A stretch of DNA of 64,000 nt from Mytilus galloprovincialis (Eukaryota): positions 70,038,935-70,102,934 of the forward strand of contig NC_134847.1 of assembly GCF_965363235.1 (NCBI RefSeq), in the 5' to 3' direction. Position numbers and translations under genes: made by a program. Position 1 is the stretch's first letter, and each line of letters starts with the position of its first letter. Shown here piece after piece: positions 38,919-51,177 of the stretch. The notes under the pieces were generated by a model. It made no database searches. It saw only the letters and a program-made list of their open reading frames with translations, and was not told the origin of the DNA.

Positions 38919-39636
38919 GTAGATTACTAAATAACCCATTTTGTTGTAACAAATAAACAATAAATGTCATGGGTAAGTTCTACAAATTAAATAAGCAAGA
39001 AGCAATCATGGGCTATTAAGAATTCCACTGTGAAATCCCTGTGTTTGATTGGTGTTGAATGGGAACGACATTTTGCCTTTCAACAGGCCACCTACAGACC
39101 ACTCAAAGTGTTCTTGGGTCAGCACATTGAAACCGACGGGAGCTGGTTGTAATTTATAAAATATTGAAAGAGAGAAGGAAAAAAAAAGTTCACATATGAA
39201 AATGAATTCATCATACAAATGAAATGACAAGCGATTTCACCCTTAGAGCAATGGTATATATTTGATCCCACAGAGGAAAGAAATGCATTGTGTTACCAAA
39301 ATATATTCTCTTGAATAAATTACACATGTGTGTCAGCACAGTAGTTTATTTGATGATATTGAACATGTTTTAATTCTTGCAATTGTTCCTTCATGTAATG
39401 TTCTTTTTTACAATCAGCATCCTAAAACGTAATTGTCTAGAGTGTTGAAATATTGTCAAACACGTGTTGCAGTGGTAACCTCTATATGTCATGCTAGTAT
39501 ATAGACGTAAATAAAGTCGGATAAAAACTAATAAAAATGTATACAACTTGTATACAAGTATAGGTTCTGTTAACAATTACTCAATTTTAACTCTAAATTT
39601 AAGATTTCCTGCAATTTACAATACATCAAAATGAAG

Positions 39637-40016
39637 ATGTAAGTATTCAGACAACTGAAGGAGCCATAAACAGATCATTCACTAGAGAAGACATACAAAT
39701 CTCCAATGATGCAGACACTACTTCTCAGTCATTAAATCGAACACAGCAACCTCATGTAGTTCACCATGCAATGAGACCATCAGTAGTTGACAGAAACCGT
39801 TCTGTTTTAGATGGAGAACAGAACAGAACTGAAGATAAAAGCAAGGCAGAGGATTTGGGTATCAGTTTAGAAACACCAAAATGTCAAGATTATGCTCAGC
39901 TGAATGACAGGGTCAGTACATTTCAATGTTGGCCTGGATATTTAGACCAGGCACCAAGGTTTTTTTTATATACAGGATACAATGATCATAAAGGCGATAC
40001 TTTTATATCATATCAA
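39637..40016 (+). pseudogene. Degenerate BIR-like exon (module A*, copy 2). It keeps RVSTFQCWPGYLDQAPR..FFLYTGYND but lacks the CxxC/His/Cys zinc ligands. An open frame runs to a GTATGT donor, so it could be a pseudo-exon or an alternative exon.
   Basis: Relative to copy 1 it has a 15-bp in-frame deletion (DMALA). After YND, ~100 bp are replaced by ~330 bp that includes atcataaaggcgatacttttat, which resembles the intron just 3' of exon A. The candidate acceptor GAAG|AT and donor TATCAA|gtatgt keep phases 1 and 0. The 3' BIR remnant at 40299-40396 is left in an incompatible phase (gctgaatg|gt). Confidence 0.5.
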
Positions 40017-42652
40017 GTATGTTGAAAGATGCCTAATGTTGTTTTTTTTAAATGACCAATATTTTGAATCAAATGAAATTACACATCAGAGTTTAAAAAA
40101 AACTTAAAAAATACATATTAACCAAATATCATTCGTACAAGGATTCTACACTTGTATGAGAGTTTTAAAAAAGCAAGGTTAAATGTCTTTGTTTAAATTA
40201 ATTCTAAAGCAGTTTCATCTGCAGCTGCTGGTAATGGAGGTTTAAGTTGTATAAAATTGACTAAAATGTCAAATGTGTCCAAGTTTCTTTCCTTGGGTAG
40301 AACATGCAAGATGGTTTTCAAAATGTCCATTTGTAAGACAAAACAGAGGTCATAGATTTGTGGAAACAATTACAAAGAGACAGGCTGAATGGTAATAACA
40401 ATAAATTAAATCTAATCATAAAAGGTGATACTTTTATCCCACATTGAGCATGAAATATGCATCATGTTTTTTTTTATTTCCAAACTTGGGAATTCAGTCT
40501 TTTTCAGCAAAATTTAATAAAAACAGTACCTATTTCGTGTAATCGATTCCTCCATCAGATTTCAACCCTATACATTGAACCTTCACACATATATTGGACA
40601 AGTTTTGAAGTTTTGTAGTTTTTTATGGAATTGTTTGAGAGTTGCTATATTTTTCTGAATGTAAGAAAATAGTCATATTTCTGCAAAGTCTATAAATCAA
40701 AATGGTACCAATTGTGTACAAAAGAATGATTGCATTTATTTTATATTATTGAAGCTGTGCATTTCTATTTTGTAATTATTTGATCAAGTAAGATGATCTG
40801 GTTCATAGCATTCAACAGTAATTTCATTATTACATGTTTGTGTCACAAAATGACTGAATGAAATAGCTGAACAAATATCAATGTGACAACATTTACAGAA
40901 AATGAGTTCATAAAGGAAAAAAAAAGAAGAAGAAAAATGATATGATTGATTTGCATTATTCACTGTGAGGGTTAACAGTTGCTTTAACATTTAAAAAATG
41001 TTATCGGGCCTTAATATATTTCAAGTTATTTAATTTGTCATTGGTTATCTTCTTTTACAATTTAAAGTACAAAGTTATTTCCCCTCAACTTTGCAAAATT
41101 TGTGTTGGAACAACATTATTTTTGTAGCAAAGTTAATTTTTTATTCAAATCGTGAGCTTGAAAAAAAAATTTTGTCTAAGTTTTCAACATGAACCAAAGC
41201 GCTTTGAAAATACATAAATATTTGGAATGTAACTTGCGGTCATGATGGTTTCACTGAAACTTTTATGTCTGAGAAATGCAGGCTATCATTTTGGTTAAAC
41301 GAAAGACTGACTTATCTTTAAAAGAGCTTATAGTGTACTCTTATAAAGCGATTCCCATTGCCTCACATTGGGGCTTTGAAAGATATCCATTTATGATGAG
41401 ATTGTGACCTTTATTTTTTAATATGTATGCTCTTTTTTCCGTTTGAATGGTTTTACACTAGTCATTTTTTGAGCCCCTTTGAAGCTTGCTGTTCGTGTGA
41501 GCCAATGCTCCATGTTGAAAACTGTACTTTGACCTATAATGGTTTACTTTTACAAATTGTGACTTGAGCAACATGAGCAACACGACGAGCGCCACGTGTG
41601 GATCACCTGAAATCCTCCATAGTTTTTGGTAGGGTCCATGTTGTTGTTGTACCCCTATTTGTGACAGTTTGTTCACTCATCATTGTCAATTTAAGGGAAA
41701 TTGATGCGACTGTCGTACAAGTGGTTTATTTAGGTGTTATACCACCATTTATTTCCCCTATTAGTCTTTGTCTCCCCTTATTTAACTGGTGTATATGCTT
41801 TACTATCCACGTAACCTCAACTATACACAATATTCTATAGGAAACCCAAATAAAAACAATAATGGTGTTGTGAAATACCCAAGACAAATGTTAATGAAAC
41901 AGAAATGTTTTACTGCAATAAAATATAAGGATTAGTTACCTACAACTGTCAAATTAAAGGGAATATTTTATTACCTATGTTCGTATAAAACCGGATGTGA
42001 CGTACCATGCTTTAGTGGTATTACACCTTTGGCGCTATACAACCAGATTCAATCCACCATCTTCTACATTTGAAAATGTATGTCAGGTATGATAGTTGTT
42101 GTCCATTCGTTTGATATATTTTATCATTTGATTTTGAAATTTGATGAGGGACTTTCCGTTTTGAATTTTCCTCGGAGTTCAGTATTGTTGTGATTTTATA
42201 TTTTGGATTGAAAGTTGTCTCATTGGACATTTTGAAAAATTAATAACATCCACCATTGTTATAGCAAAACATAGAATTTTGGGTCTAACAAATTATAAAA
42301 GCAATTAATTTGTTTAAGCATTTATTTTTATGATGAATATGATATCTCGAAGAAATAAGTTTAAATAAACTTTTGAACAGAGAAAAGGCCTAACCTCTCC
42401 ATTTGACAAGTGACAATCCATTGAAAAATAAAGTTTATGTCACTTTGATTAATACTTTTCAAATACTTAGGGAAAACACTAAAACAATATCCATCTGCTA
42501 ATTGTTATCTCCCATGAAACTGGTGGATGTATCGTTCCTCGTACAGTCAGAATGTTGGCAGGCGACAAGTTTTAATCATAATGTGACTACCAGAATATGA
42601 AGTCTTACAGGTTCAATATTGATATATTTAAAACTATCATTGTCAATTTCAG

Positions 42653-42779
42653 GAGGCATCTAATAATTCATCAGATATTACTGAGAATCACACAGCAGTG
42701 TCAAATTATAGCGCAATCGAAGATAGAATCTACATAAACTCAGAAGAAACAACACCAACACCAATGACCACTCAATCAG
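42653..42779 (+). CDS. Linker exon B, copy 2, identical to 38792-38918
   Basis: Lies at offset 3861 from copy 1 with the same splice sites. Confidence 0.4.
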
Positions 42780-43497
42780 GTAGATTACTAAATAACCCAT
42801 TTTGTTGTAACAAATAAACAATAAATGTCATGGGTAAGTTCTACAAATTAAATAAGCAAGAAGCAATCATGGGCTATTAAGAATTCCACTGTGAAATCCC
42901 TGTGTTTGATTGGTGTTGAATGGGAAACGACATTTTGCCTTTCAACAGGCCACCTACAGACCAGTTAAAGTGTTCTTGGGTCAGCACATTGAAACCGACG
43001 GGATCTGGTTGTAATTTATAAAATATTGAAAGAGAGAAGGAAAAAAAAAGTTCACATATGAAAATGAATTCATCATACAAATAAAATGACAAGCGATTTC
43101 ACCCTTAGAGCAATGGTATATATTTGATCCCACAGAGGAAAGAAATGCATTGTGTTACCAAAATATATTCTCTTGAATAAATTACACATGTGTGTCAGCA
43201 CAGTAGTTTATTTGATGATATTGAACATGTTTTAATTCTTGCAATTGTTCCTTCATGTAGTGTTCTTTTTACAATCAGCATCCTAAAACGTAATTGTCTA
43301 GAGTGTTGAATTATCGTCAAACACGTGTTGCAGTGGTAACCTCTATATGTCATGCTAGTATATAGACGTAAATAAAGTCGGATAAAAACTAATAAAAATG
43401 TATACAACTTGTACACAAGTATAGGTTCTGTTAACAATTACTCAATTTTAACTCTAAATTTAAGATTTCCTGCAATTAACAATACATCAAAATGAAG

Positions 43498-43877
43498 ATG
43501 TAAGTATTCAGACAACTGAAGGAGCCATAAACAGATCATTCACTAGAGAAGACATACAAATCTCCAATGATGCAGACACTACTTCTCAGTCATTAAATCG
43601 AACACAGCAACCTCATGTAGTTCACCATGCAATGAGACCATCAGTAGTTGACAGAAACCGTTCTGTTTTAGATGGAGAACAGAACAGAACTGAAGATAAA
43701 AGCAAGGCAGAGGATTTGGGTATCAGTTTAGAAACACCAAAATGTCAAGATTATGCTCAGCTGAATGACAGGGTCAGTACATTTCAATGTTGGCCTGGAT
43801 ATTTAGACCAGGCACCAAGGTTTTTTTTATATACAGGATACAATGATCATAAAGGCGATACTTTTATATCATGTTAA
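43498..43877 (+). pseudogene. Degenerate BIR-like exon (module A*, copy 3). It has the same lesion as copy 2, plus an in-frame TAA just before the former donor (..TFISC*).
   Basis: Copy 2 reads tat caa|gtatgt, and here it reads tgt taa gtatgt. This is the ORF 43632-43877. Confidence 0.5.
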
Positions 43878-45676
43878 GTATGTTGAAAGATGCCTAATGT
43901 TGTTTTTTTTAAATGACCAATATTTTGAATCAAATGAAATTACACATCAGAGTTTAAAAAAAACTTAAAAAATACATATTAACCAAATATCATTCGTACA
44001 AGGATTCTACACTTGTATGAGAGTTTTAAAAAAGCAAGGTTAAATGTCTTTGTTTAAATTAATTCTAAAGCAGTTTCATCTGCAGCTGATGATAATGGAG
44101 GTTTAAGTTGTATAAAATTGACTAAAATGTCAAATGTGTCCAAGTTTCTTTCCTTGCTAGCAGATGGTTTGGTGGTAAGGCAGTGGGTACTTATATTCCA
44201 TTATTCCTACAGTTTTTATCCCTGAGATTTGAAACGTTACATATGTATTGCACTTATGATGAAGTTGTGTACCTGTAATTATTATTAATTGTTTGGGGAA
44301 TTTTACTTCATATTCTCAGAATTGAGAGCTTAGTAACTTTCAGCAAAATTAACAAACAAATGGTAACCAGTTTTGTGTAATCAACTTCTCTCATAGTTTT
44401 TAATGCGGCAAAATATATTCTAAATTATTGAATATGTAATAAATTATCTTTTTTTTTACAATTTAAATTACTTAGTAATGACCTCTAAATTATGCCAATT
44501 TTTTGTTGGAACAAATTTTTTTTTTAGCAATGTAGCTAAGCTAATTGTTTATCCAATCCTTGATCTTGAAAAGGTTTTCTAAATGAACAAAAGTGCTTAC
44601 AATTATATACAAATTTGAATTGCAACTTGTGATCATAGGTTTCCTTGAGCTTTAAGGTATTTGAAATACCCACAATTGAAGTGCATTGAAGTCATCAGCC
44701 AACAAAGGCTGACTTTAGAATTTATCGTGTACTCCATAACACGTTTTCTTTTGCCTCACGTTGGGGCTGTTAAAATATATATGATCAAGATTGATAGTCT
44801 AATTATAGCAAAAATGAACATTGTCCTTTAATGATATACTTAGCTCAGGTTTTGGGATTTGTGTGGAATGTTCGGACTCCTTAGAGTTTTTTCATACGAT
44901 ACAAGGTAAAATATTTTGCCCCATAACACCGATTTATTATTTCATATAAGACTTAATAGCTCATAAAAGGTCATCTAACAAAATTTCAGCACATTCTTGA
45001 TTTTCTTTCTTTTTATTTGAGACCCAAATAATACCAATACAAATGAAAGGTAAAAGTCCAAGTCAGCCTTTTCCCGTGATATTGTATACATCACATATCT
45101 CGAAAAGGAGTTCCATGACCTATCAATATTTTTAGCTTATTTTGATCCTTAACTAATACTCTTCTAGCTTAAAGCATCAATTTTAAATTCTTAATTTATT
45201 TAATTTTACCAAACTACATCCTCAATTTTCGATAATGAAAGTTAATTGTGTTCTTTTTGTATTAAAATCATGAGTTGTCAATGTAATCATGTCATTACAC
45301 CAAACAACCTGCTGCAAACATTATATGACATAAGTAGTTTGTTTGAAGCATCATTTTGAAAAAAAAATCAATAATTACCACTATTGTAATTTAAAAGTGT
45401 AAATTTGAGTCTAACAAATTTATAACAGCAAAGAAAGTTGTTAACCATTTATTTTATGATGAATACGATAAGTGGATAACTAACCTTTAAAAAGAGAGAT
45501 GACACAACCTCTCCATTTGTTATGTGACAATCCATTCAAAATAGAAACTGGAGGATGTATTGTTCATGATACAGTCAGAATCTTGTCAGGTGCATACACA
45601 TTTTAAACACAATTGCCAACAGAAGCTATTAGCAGTTCCATATTGACATGATAAGAAATATCATTGTTTATTTCAG

Positions 45677-45803
45677 CAAGCACCTAATTACTCATCAGAT
45701 ATTTCTGAGAACCAAGCAGCAGTGTCAAGTTATAGTGAAATAGAAGAAAGAACCCAAATAAACTCACAAGAAACATCACCAACAACAATGGTCACTCAAT
45801 CAG
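45677..45803 (+). CDS. Linker exon B, copy 3: QAPNYSSDISENQAAVSSYSEIEERTQINSQETSPTTMVTQS. It is ~25% diverged, yet the same length (127 nt) with frame and both splice sites conserved.
   Basis: Acceptor ttgtttatttcag|CAA, donor CAATCAG|gtaggt. No stop codon. Confidence 0.5.
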
Positions 45804-47559
45804 GTAGGTTGTAATATCGTATCATCTTTTTGTGGTAACAAATAACAATCGGTGTCATGGGTAGGTTCTACAAATAAAGTTATCAGGAACAAATAATGGG
45901 CTATTTAGATTGACACTGTTGAATTTGGTGTGTTTGATTAATGTTGAATAGGAACAGACATTTTGCTTTCCAACATGCCTCAAACAGTGCACTCAAAGTG
46001 TTAATAAGATGACATGGGGTCACCACATTGAAATTTCCATACACGTTATAAAAAAGAAGATGTGGTAGGATTGCCAATTAGACAACTGTCCACAAGAGAC
46101 CGCTTTTAACATTAATATTTAGACGGGAGCTAGCTGCATATTTATGTGTATATTGTATTGATAAACAAACATGAAGAAAGAAAGTTCACATAAACATAAT
46201 ATAAAACATAATTCATAACACAGAAGAAATGACAAGCGATTTCACCATTAGAGCAATTGAATACATTGGATTAAACAGAGGAATGAAGTGCAGTGTTTTA
46301 CCAAATTATACTATACTATTGAATAAATTACACATATATGTGTCTGTACAGAAGTTTTATATGTTGATGATATTGAGCATGTTTTAATTCTTGACATTTT
46401 CCTTCAAGTTCAGTTTTTTTCACAATGAGCATATTAAAAAATCTGAAATAAATAAATTGCAATTCTTATGGTCTGTTGTTTTGTGGTTTAGAAGGCACTT
46501 TCAAAGGATTGTGGCTTTTTTTTTTTATCTTTCACTTAAATAGTATATAAAGGAATAATTCACAACATGTCTCTATTAACACTGCATATTAATCAAATTT
46601 AATGAGAATATTTCTATAGTTATGCTGGGGCAAAAGAAAATTTGAGATATATATCCATAGAGTAACAACATTACAAGTTCCATGAAATTTGGTGGTTGTA
46701 CTCTCCTGTATAGCAGGTTATGCAAATAGTATTTTTTAAAGTAATAAGCCTGTACGTTAATAGCTAAATGAAAGTTAAAGTAAAATAATATCTTTAAAAT
46801 TTATCTCGACAATTATGCTTTCTCAGCAACCCTTAAGTTAAACTGTATTATGACTGCGATTTTCTGTATAGGAAACCTAAAAATTGAGGCAACAGAAATT
46901 TTGTCGGTGTCGTCGGCGGCGTCCACAAATATTCACTTTGTGGTTAAAGTTTTTGAAATTTTAATAACTTTCTTGAATATCCTGGATTTCTACCAAACTT
47001 GATCAGAAGCTTGTTTATGTTCATAAGATAGTATCCAGGAGTAAATTTTGTAAAATAAAATTCTGTTTTTTCCGTATTTTACTTATAAATGGACTTAGTT
47101 CTTTTCTGCCAGGAAACATTACATTAACTCTGTGGTTAAAGTTTTTAAAATCTTAATAACTTTCTTAAACTATCCTGGAATTGTACGAAACTTGTCCAGA
47201 AGCTTGTTTATAATCAGAAGATAGTATCCAGAAGTTAATTAGGTAAAAATAAAATTCCGTTTTTCCCGTATTTTCTTACTTTCATACAGTCTGCAGTCAA
47301 AGTTTTTCAAACATTTTAAGATTCATAAACTAACCTTGATTTTTACCAAACTTGGACAGAAGCTTCTGACATTCAAAAGATAGTATTAGTATTAAGAGGA
47401 AAAAATTTATTGATTTTTTTCATAATTTTTGTTGAGTATGTGATTAGCAGCAAAAGTAAGCCAGATACTGGGTTCCGCGGAACCCTTACAAATTTTTTAA
47501 CATATTTCTCCGGTGCTTATTAAGTAGAACAAATTCACACTTAAGATATCACATGTAAA

Positions 47560-47850
47560 CAGTGAAAAATTACTTGGCATCATAATCGATGATTGTCTTT
47601 CATGGAATCAACAAATAAACAAAGTATGTACTGTTATTAGTACTAGACTAGGTTTACTAAATCGATTGAAGCATTATATTCCACAAAAAGGTTTATGTTT
47701 TTTTATAATGGATAATTATGTACTTCCTCTTTTTGATTATTGTTGTACAATATGGACTGAAACATGTAATCTAAATATGGAAAAAATGTTAAAATTGCAA
47801 AAAAAGAGCAGCCAGAATCATTCTTTATCATACTTTATTTGGCCTTTTTA
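47560..47850 (+). mobile_element. Fragment of a non-LTR (CR1/Jockey/RTE-like) ORF2 C-terminal region
   Basis: Translates to ..LGIIIDDCLSWNQQINKVCTVISTRLGLLNRLKHYIPQKGLCFFIMDNYVLPLFDYCCTIWTETCNLNMEKMLKLQKKAARII (cf. LGV.ID..L.W..HI, ..P.LEYC..VW, LE.VQRRAAR.I). A frameshift is present and the fragment stops abruptly at the hammerhead-bearing repeat. Confidence 0.55.
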
Positions 47851-47857
47851 ACTTTTT

Positions 47858-47960
47858 TGGGATTCGAGCGTCACCGATGAGTCTTTTGTAGACGAAACGC
47901 GCGTCTGGCGTATATAAAAAATTTAGTCCTGTTATCTTGATGAGTTTATTCTTAACAAAT
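47858..47960 (+). ncRNA. Minimal type-I hammerhead ribozyme motif on a short dispersed repeat, with the core U4 mutated (CCGAUGAG)
   Basis: tcgagcgtcaCCGATGAGTCTTTTGTAGACGAAACGCGCGTC|tggcg. Helix II is GUCU/AGAC, GAAAC is present, helix III ACGCGCGU is a perfect palindrome as in dimer-dependent minimal hammerheads, and GUC precedes the expected cleavage site. A second TGATGAG-like box lies ~55 nt downstream. Confidence 0.4.
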
Positions 47961-49904
47961 CATATGACACACCATCAAAACCTTTATTTAAACAATTAGG
48001 ATGGTTATCTTTTTATTTGAACAGGAATACTTTTGCAAAGAACTATACCGGAATATTGAAATGTTTTCTTCATTAAATTTGTTCTCGGACGTGGTATGAA
48101 AAGACAATTATTGTCCCAAACTTTTAGTTCTTTATTAAATAAATGTCTACGATAATCATGTGCAAGACTAATTACGCACTTATACATTAATACTCCTTTG
48201 TGATATGTGATTCTAATTTGAAAGGATAACCATCTGACATTAACAAAATATGTTTATGAACCTATTCTGTATGTTTTTCGCCTTTTGTTTTGCATAAAAG
48301 TATGTATGTAAATGTATATATATTATATTATTGAATATTTTGATTTATTCAGAGGGCATCAGAGGAGATTAGTATTGTACCAACTGATTTTACCCTCTTT
48401 AAATAAAAGTATTTACTATTATTATTACTTTTATTACTTTCTCACTGGCTCAACAGAAATAAGTAGAAATTTGGCAGCATTTTTTATACTACGTTAGAAA
48501 AGGGGTGAAATTCTTTCTGATATATGCGCTATTTCCTCTTGTCTTGATTTTATTCCCTATGTCACTCCTATATCAAGCGAAGTTTAACTCTTTTTAAAGA
48601 CACATTAACTTTTTATTCCTAAATATTTCCTGTATACAATTACCTGAGTCACACAAGAACAGTCTTAGGGTCCTTGTTTACAAAATGAGCAATCTATCCA
48701 GGGGTAATAAAAGGTCCACTTTTTACCTTGGATTTACAATTTGTGTCAAAAGTATATATATATAATGTGAGAAGCATCTAACAGTTCTAAGCCTTAGTTT
48801 AAAAAAGTAAAATCACAAAAATACTGAACTTAGTGGAAAATCAATTCGGAAAGTCCATAATCACATGGCAAAATCAAATAACAAAACGCATCAAAAACGA
48901 ATGGACAAGAACTGTCATATTCCTGACTTGGTACAGGCATTTTCAAATGTAGAAAATGGTGGATTAAACCTGGTTCTATAGCGCTAACCCTCTCACTTTA
49001 ATGACAATCTCATCAAATTCCGTTATATTTACATTGATGCGTTAACTAAACAGACACAATAAATAAAATAGTAAAAATATGGGTACATCAGTCATCATCG
49101 TATAACAATTTTAACTCTTTATAGTTCCTATGACCCGAATTCGGGTCATAAGCACTTTTTTGCGCAAAATTTTGATTCAAACCTTAAGTTCTTTGCCATT
49201 TGACTATCAACAGATATCACCAAGGGCTTAAATTAACCTGTGAGTTTCAGCTTCACGTTAAAATGCCAGTTGTGTATTTTAGGCTTGATCTTTGTGGCAA
49301 AATAAAGCAATTAAGCTATCATCGTTTTTAAAAAAATCAGTTAAAATTTAACAGAAAAAACTTTAGAATTGTGGAAATCTCGAATTATGAAAATATTGTG
49401 TTTGGTTTCTATAAACCGCAAAAATCGGTCTATTACGGATTTTTTTCTTTCAGTTTTGTGTTGAGCTTTATAAAATGTAGGTTCATAAAGTTATACTTTT
49501 ATTAATTTCTACGAAAAACGAATACAAACAGTGAACATTGTCAACATGTCAATAATTTTCAGCAACTATTTCTTAGAATTTCTGCCCATATCAGTAAAAA
49601 CGTGCATATTGTGGTTCCAGAGGTTTAAATGTAGTAATATAAATAGTATAAATGAAATGCATTTCTTACTACTTGTGTTACTTGTTTTTGAATTATTATC
49701 ATAATTACCCCCCCCCCCCTTTTTTCCCCTTTCCACTATTTTTACCTGGTTTACACACCATCTCACATTTTGTGTTCTTTTAGAGATGTTAAAAAATGCA
49801 TTTTTGACGTTTTTCTGAATATCTAATTATAATTTAATATTTGAATGTAAAAGGTCAATTTAAAAATAAATTTTACAAATAACATTGAAAATAAGTAGGA
49901 ATTT

Positions 49905-49990
49905 AATCAAATTTATCTGTCTGATTCCGTAGCTGAGGGTGATGCATTTCAGGCTAGTAATCAAGCGATCCGGGTTCGTATCCCGCAAGG
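49905..49990 (+). other. tRNA-like fragment, possibly a SINE head or tRNA pseudogene (..gcgatccgggttcgtatcccgcaaggg)
   Basis: T-arm-like GGGTTCGTATCCC with flanking stems, but no complete cloverleaf could be folded by eye. Confidence 0.2.
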
Positions 49991-51032
49991 GTGAATGTCC
50001 GGTTTAAAAAAAAACAATACCAATATGTAATAACTTGACTTGACTTTAATTTAATTCTAATTTCAAATTGAAAATGCTTTTTTTCCTTGTGACAAAGTTA
50101 ATTGTCTGTCTTGTCTATATTCGTTTATAGAATAATAGAGACATACATGTGAAGATAATCTATTACAAATCGGTAACTAAGGGATGCTGAAGCTGCAAGA
50201 CTTTTGTCTTTCTGTCCTTTAATTGATTTTAGGGATTATAGTGCTGATGCACTCCAGTTGCACAGTTTAGCTACGTTTTTTACCCAAAAGCTCGAAAATA
50301 GCAATTTTGACCCAAATCACCCACATAGCATGTTTGGCTATACAAATTGCTGTTTCTCACATAAATAGACCATACAGGGTTCTTTTTCGTTGAGATGTTA
50401 TTCCTAACATTGTATTTGAATGCTCTGTTGATACTATTTCCATAAATAACTTTCAAAAAAGGACATTTTGTATCGAAATTTTACTATTTTCCGACTATTT
50501 TGTTGTTGTCACGTGACATTGGACTGATTATCACAACATCAAATATGATATTTTTGTTTTTACAAACCTGTCATTAATATTACTGAAAAACTATTGTCTA
50601 TTAAAAGTCTTAGTTCATAAGTCTACTAAGAGTAAAACGAAAGTTATGATTGATTGAAATTTGATCGTTCCTCTGCGGCAAAATTCCACTATTTTTTTAA
50701 AGAGTTTAAAGTAAAATTTATCAGAACACAAAAACATCTATAAAATAGTGAGGAAATAAATAAGATACCCAAACTAAAGATGTGCATTTACTACAATAAA
50801 CGTAATAGGCTAACACTTTTTTATATTTTTTTTAATTTTTTATAAATTGTTAAAATCGATATTCTTATTCAATAAACCATATTAAATTTATTTTGACTCA
50901 AGTTTATACTATATTTACTGTCTAAATTTTCATTAACACTGACTCCAATTTTGTCTTATCTATGAGGTCAATACCTTTCAATAGAAGAACACATTTTAGA
51001 TATTTGTTCAAGTTGTGGTTTAACTTGATAAT

Positions 51033-51177
51033 CAGTGGCGGATCCAGGGGGAGGGGTCCGGGGGTTCGATCCCCCCTTTTTTGGACGATTGATGCATTTG
51101 AATGGGGACCTATGGTTGGAACCCCCTTTATTCTTGGTTGGGAACTCCCTCTTTTTAAAATGGCTGGATCTGCCCCT
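51033..51177 (+). mobile_element. Second full copy of the 146-bp G/C-homopolymer MITE, flanked by ATAAT on both sides (candidate TSD)
   Basis: cagtggcggatccagggggagggg...ggctggatctgcccctg, with left flank gATAAT| and right flank |ATAATg. Confidence 0.6.

Larger units (their letters stand above)
36438..44160 (+). repeat. Tandem segmental duplication with period exactly 3861 bp, two adjacent copies with a junction at 40299, ~99% identical over intron sequence. Together with 44160-46400 it forms a three-unit array of the [BIR exon A + linker exon B] module.
   Basis: Identical ORF pairs at offset 3861: 37597/41458, 37737/41598, 38160/42021, 39771/43632. Copy 3 departs from copy 2 at 44160, exactly where copy 2 (40299) resumes the 3' part of the BIR exon. 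Confidence 0.85.

Noticed and set aside
40299-40396. 3' half of the BIR exon in copy 2 (EHARWFSKCPFVRQNRGHRFVETITKRQAEW) as a functional exon
   Set aside because: No upstream exon supplies the CxxC part. The acceptor phase conflicts with the only upstream donors, and the 1-bp deletion (gctgaatg|gt) puts its donor out of phase with linker exon B. It is treated as a remnant.
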